From: Burkholderiales bacterium
Lineage (GTDB): Bacteria; Pseudomonadota; Gammaproteobacteria; Burkholderiales; Burkholderiaceae_D
Direction: 5' to 3'
Length of the DNA stretch: 64,000 bases
Assembly (NCBI GenBank): GCA_038248405.1
Contig: JBBRXM010000020.1
Span: 136-64,135 of the forward strand
The notes beneath the pieces are model-generated. The model did no database searches and was not told the DNA's origin. It saw only the letters and a list, made by a program, of their open reading frames with translations. A program made the position numbers and the translations under genes. Numbering within the stretch: the stretch's first letter is position 1; every line of letters starts with the position of its first letter. Below are positions 61,381 through 64,000 of the stretch, piece after piece.

Positions 61381-62391
61381 TCAGCCCGCTTCCCGTCGAG
61401 GCCGAATACTCTTGACCAGGGCGTCCCAAAGGGCGGTAGCTTGCTCATCGCTCATCGAATTCTCATGTCTGTTGCCATGCGCATCATTTTGTCCGCTGTC
61501 CATTTCGATGTGAATGCGAGGCGCCGCCTGGCTTGGCGACGCGCGCATCGTTTCCAGCGCAAATCCGAATTGCTTCCTCGTGCGGTTTTCACCAAGCTTT
61601 ACCGATCCCAGCCACTCCTGAGCGCGCATTCCAGCCACCTTCAACTCACCTTTTCGAAGTACGTCGCTGCGCGCGTCGAAAATTGAAAGGAGCGAGTTTG
61701 GGCCGCTCATGCGGTCAAGCAGCGTCACGGGATCGTTGCGACTATAGCTATCGACCTCAATTGTGATCACAATATCCGGCCGCTCCTCGCTTCTAAAAGT
61801 CACACTTACAGACTCTTCCTTATTACGCCCATTTACGACAACCGGACCGACACAAAAACCGGCCACACCGAAGCGTGTGCCTTGATCCGTGGCCAAAACA
61901 TTTTTTTCAAATGCAAGAAGGCTCGCTTCGGCTTCGCGGAACCGTCCCTCGTACGACTTCAATTCTGCCGCGATGTGCAAGTTCGCTTTCAAAGCATGCA
62001 ACTCGCTCGTGTATGACTCACCGATCCGTTGGATCTGGAACAAGGTCGAATCCTGTGCTGTTTTCGCGTCTTTCAGTATGTCCGTTGAGCGGTGCGAAAG
62101 ACGCAGAATCTCATTGTGGCGCCTTAACACGGCGGCGGAAAACGCCGCCGGGGTGACTTTTTCCGCCACCACACTGACATCGATGGGCGATTGCTCGGAG
62201 TTCGCACTTTCAGGATTGAATACCGCTGCAATTGGCACGACAGGGACGAAGCCGGGGGGAAGATCAAATAGATGATGCCCTAAACAAACCGTTTCCATCT
62301 TTTCGATTAAAGGCACGATTTTTTTCTCCTTGTCGTTACAAGCTAAGCAACCTGCAACCAAGATTCCGAACACGGCGGGTAGATACTTCAT
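61381..62391 (-). CDS. Tli4-like T6SS immunity lipoprotein
   Basis: Lipobox VAGC, ETVCLGHHLFDLP, GFC and VAGMRAQEWL. It overlaps the stop of the lipase gene by 4 bp. Confidence 0.72.
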   Translation of the reverse strand: MKYLPAVFGILVAGCLACNDKEKKIVPLIEKMETVCLGHHLFDLPPGFVPVVPIAAVFNPESANSEQSPIDVSVVAEKVTPAAFSAAVLRRHNEILRLSHRSTDILKDAKTAQDSTLFQIQRIGESYTSELHALKANLHIAAELKSYEGRFREAEASLLAFEKNVLATDQGTRFGVAGFCVGPVVVNGRNKEESVSVTFRSEERPDIVITIEVDSYSRNDPVTLLDRMSGPNSLLSIFDARSDVLRKGELKVAGMRAQEWLGSVKLGENRTRKQFGFALETMRASPSQAAPRIHIEMDSGQNDAHGNRHENSMSDEQATALWDALVKSIRPRREAG

Positions 62392-63995
62392 GACACTCTT
62401 GCCCGGGCAGCGATCTTTGTAATCGCGTAATGTGTCACTCGCTGAGCGGTTGCATTCTTAAAAGCAGGCTCGTGTGAAAAGCCCTCCAACCGAAACTGTT
62501 GACGGATACTGGGGCCACCGCTTGCCCTCGGAAACATTCCGGAGCTTGCCGGTACCGTTCCATCGCCGCGCCCGTCCTGTTTGTCGCATCGAACTTGGCG
62601 AAAGCTCGTCTCGACATCAGGTAACGAAGAATCGCCAAAGCCGGCCTGATCACTTTGTTGCCCAAACTTCTTCTCTCCACCCAGATAAATTGTATTTTTC
62701 CCGTCCTCTCGCACCTGCTGATGCGAAAAGTCAAGCATTTCCAAATTTGTCAGTACGCTACCAGAGGCTGGCTGGGATCCAATCTTCATCGACCACCGGA
62801 TTGTCTCGAAACTCGCTTGGCTGCCTTCTCCTGCACCGTAGAAGACAAATGTATTGGGATGATATTTCCCGGCAATTTCACCGTGGAAGTTTTTGGCGAG
62901 TGCTATATTGTCAGCAAATTCGTTCCACGGTATCGGCCGGCCACCTATCGGATTGAGCCATTCCTCACGCACTAGTCCCCACCAGCGATCCTTTCTTAGA
63001 TAGATTTCAGTGTAGGGATCACTTTTGGGGAGGCCCGCGATGAGTTTTCCGTGCTCGTCATGAACCTTAAGCCAACCGTGGATATAGTTCCCAGAGGGTA
63101 GAAGCTGCAACGCCCCGGGGGCTTGGGCGAAAACAGCCGTTACCTCGACGCCGTTCGATCCGATAACCAACCCGGCGGCGAAATCCTCGTCGCCCATCCC
63201 CACTTTACAACGGCGATAGGCGACGGCAGCGCCGACCGCAGGCATTACCCCGTGCACAATACCTGCGATTTTTGCTTCCATCCCTGCGAGCTGAGCGCAT
63301 GCACGCGCGACCAAGCCACCCATCGAGTGCGTTACCAAGATCACTTGGCAGCATCGAAAACGTCCAACATTGTTTTCGGCGATGATGTCTTGAACTCTGT
63401 CTTTTAGACGATCGGCGGCGAGCGCGTTTGACTCCAGCCAATTGTAGCCACAGGCATAAACGGGAAAACGAAATTTGGCCCTTTGCAATAGGTCATCCGA
63501 TGTTATCGGGTCTGGCTTGTGCCCCCGTTCTGCGGCTGAGGGCAATCCTGCCATTTCCATGACTATCCCTGGGAAGAGCTTCGGGGGTCCTCCCGTTGCA
63601 GAGGCGGATGGGGAACTCACCGAGGCATAGAAAAAATCCGACCAATTCGCAGGATCGAATCCTTCGCCGTTTAATTTTTGTTCAAGCCAATGCAGAAACT
63701 CGTGGTAGCTCGTTTGCCCGACCTCGCCCCAGCCACGTAAAACAAAATCCTTAACGTTTTGTATCGTTCCTGCGGGCCTGCCTGGCACGTCCCCCCCGGA
63801 ATACACTCTTGTTCGTTTCGGGTGCAGTATTGTTTGTCGGCCTGCGGGGCCCTTCCGTGCCCACTCCCACGCGAGACCTATTGGCTGGCCTCCGGTGCTG
63901 TTAAGCAGCCAGATCGGTTTGCCGCTATTGGTGCAAAGATTTGTCCCCATGATCCCTGGAACAAAAACGATAGGGAGCACCTGAGACGGTGGCAT
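62388..63995 (-). CDS. Tle4/PGAP1-like alpha/beta-hydrolase (phospholipase) T6SS effector
   Basis: PIVFVPGIMGTNL, nucleophile VTHSMGG, GDGTVP (Asp) and SHEP (His). No signal peptide. The DNA is AT-richer than the backbone. Confidence 0.72.
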   Translation of the reverse strand: MPPSQVLPIVFVPGIMGTNLCTNSGKPIWLLNSTGGQPIGLAWEWARKGPAGRQTILHPKRTRVYSGGDVPGRPAGTIQNVKDFVLRGWGEVGQTSYHEFLHWLEQKLNGEGFDPANWSDFFYASVSSPSASATGGPPKLFPGIVMEMAGLPSAAERGHKPDPITSDDLLQRAKFRFPVYACGYNWLESNALAADRLKDRVQDIIAENNVGRFRCCQVILVTHSMGGLVARACAQLAGMEAKIAGIVHGVMPAVGAAVAYRRCKVGMGDEDFAAGLVIGSNGVEVTAVFAQAPGALQLLPSGNYIHGWLKVHDEHGKLIAGLPKSDPYTEIYLRKDRWWGLVREEWLNPIGGRPIPWNEFADNIALAKNFHGEIAGKYHPNTFVFYGAGEGSQASFETIRWSMKIGSQPASGSVLTNLEMLDFSHQQVREDGKNTIYLGGEKKFGQQSDQAGFGDSSLPDVETSFRQVRCDKQDGRGDGTVPASSGMFPRASGGPSIRQQFRLEGFSHEPAFKNATAQRVTHYAITKIAARARVS

Positions 63996-64000
63996 GATTA

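Overview
A GC-rich betaproteobacterial chromosome segment, probably Oxalobacteraceae (Massilia-like). The taxon is inferred from gene content, the ftsK-lolA-rarA-serS-tRNA-Ser and nadE-glnB synteny, and the repeat families. Left to right: a 5'-truncated multi-PAS hybrid kinase; an ArsR divergon (NIPSNAP + ABM); a His-tailed EamA transporter; an orphan carboxylate catabolic cluster (TctCBA, serine-glyoxylate-type aminotransferase, GntR, FAD/Fe-S dehydrogenase, crotonase, family III CoA-transferase); a phasin-like gene; mqsRA sitting where gltL would follow gltIJK; fpr; a tartrate-type block (ttuC, porin, glxR, glycerate kinase); polB; a CAP protein; a CHASE hybrid kinase; GST and VOC genes; an AT-richer islet below tRNA-Ser(CGA) with a membrane-embedded alpha/beta hydrolase and an orphan TadG-TadE-TadE cassette; core genes (serS, rarA, lolA, ftsK, trxB, Smr, TRIC, glnB, nadE, GNAT); a TonB receptor-LysR-hydrolase-ABC module; and a Tle4/Tli4-like effector-immunity pair at the right edge. 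The best leads are (1) the TonB/LysR/hydrolase/ABC module, tied together by a shared TGTGCA-N4-TGCACA palindrome and possibly scavenging ester or 3-hydroxybutyrate oligomers, (2) the hydrolase whose catalytic triad is split by transmembrane blocks, (3) the catabolic cluster of unknown substrate, (4) a GGGGTC(A/T)GACCCC REP-like family, and (5) apparently leaderless promoters on four regulatory genes. No CRISPR array, rRNA, integrase or transposase was seen. All calls come from reading sequence and motifs by eye; no searches were run.
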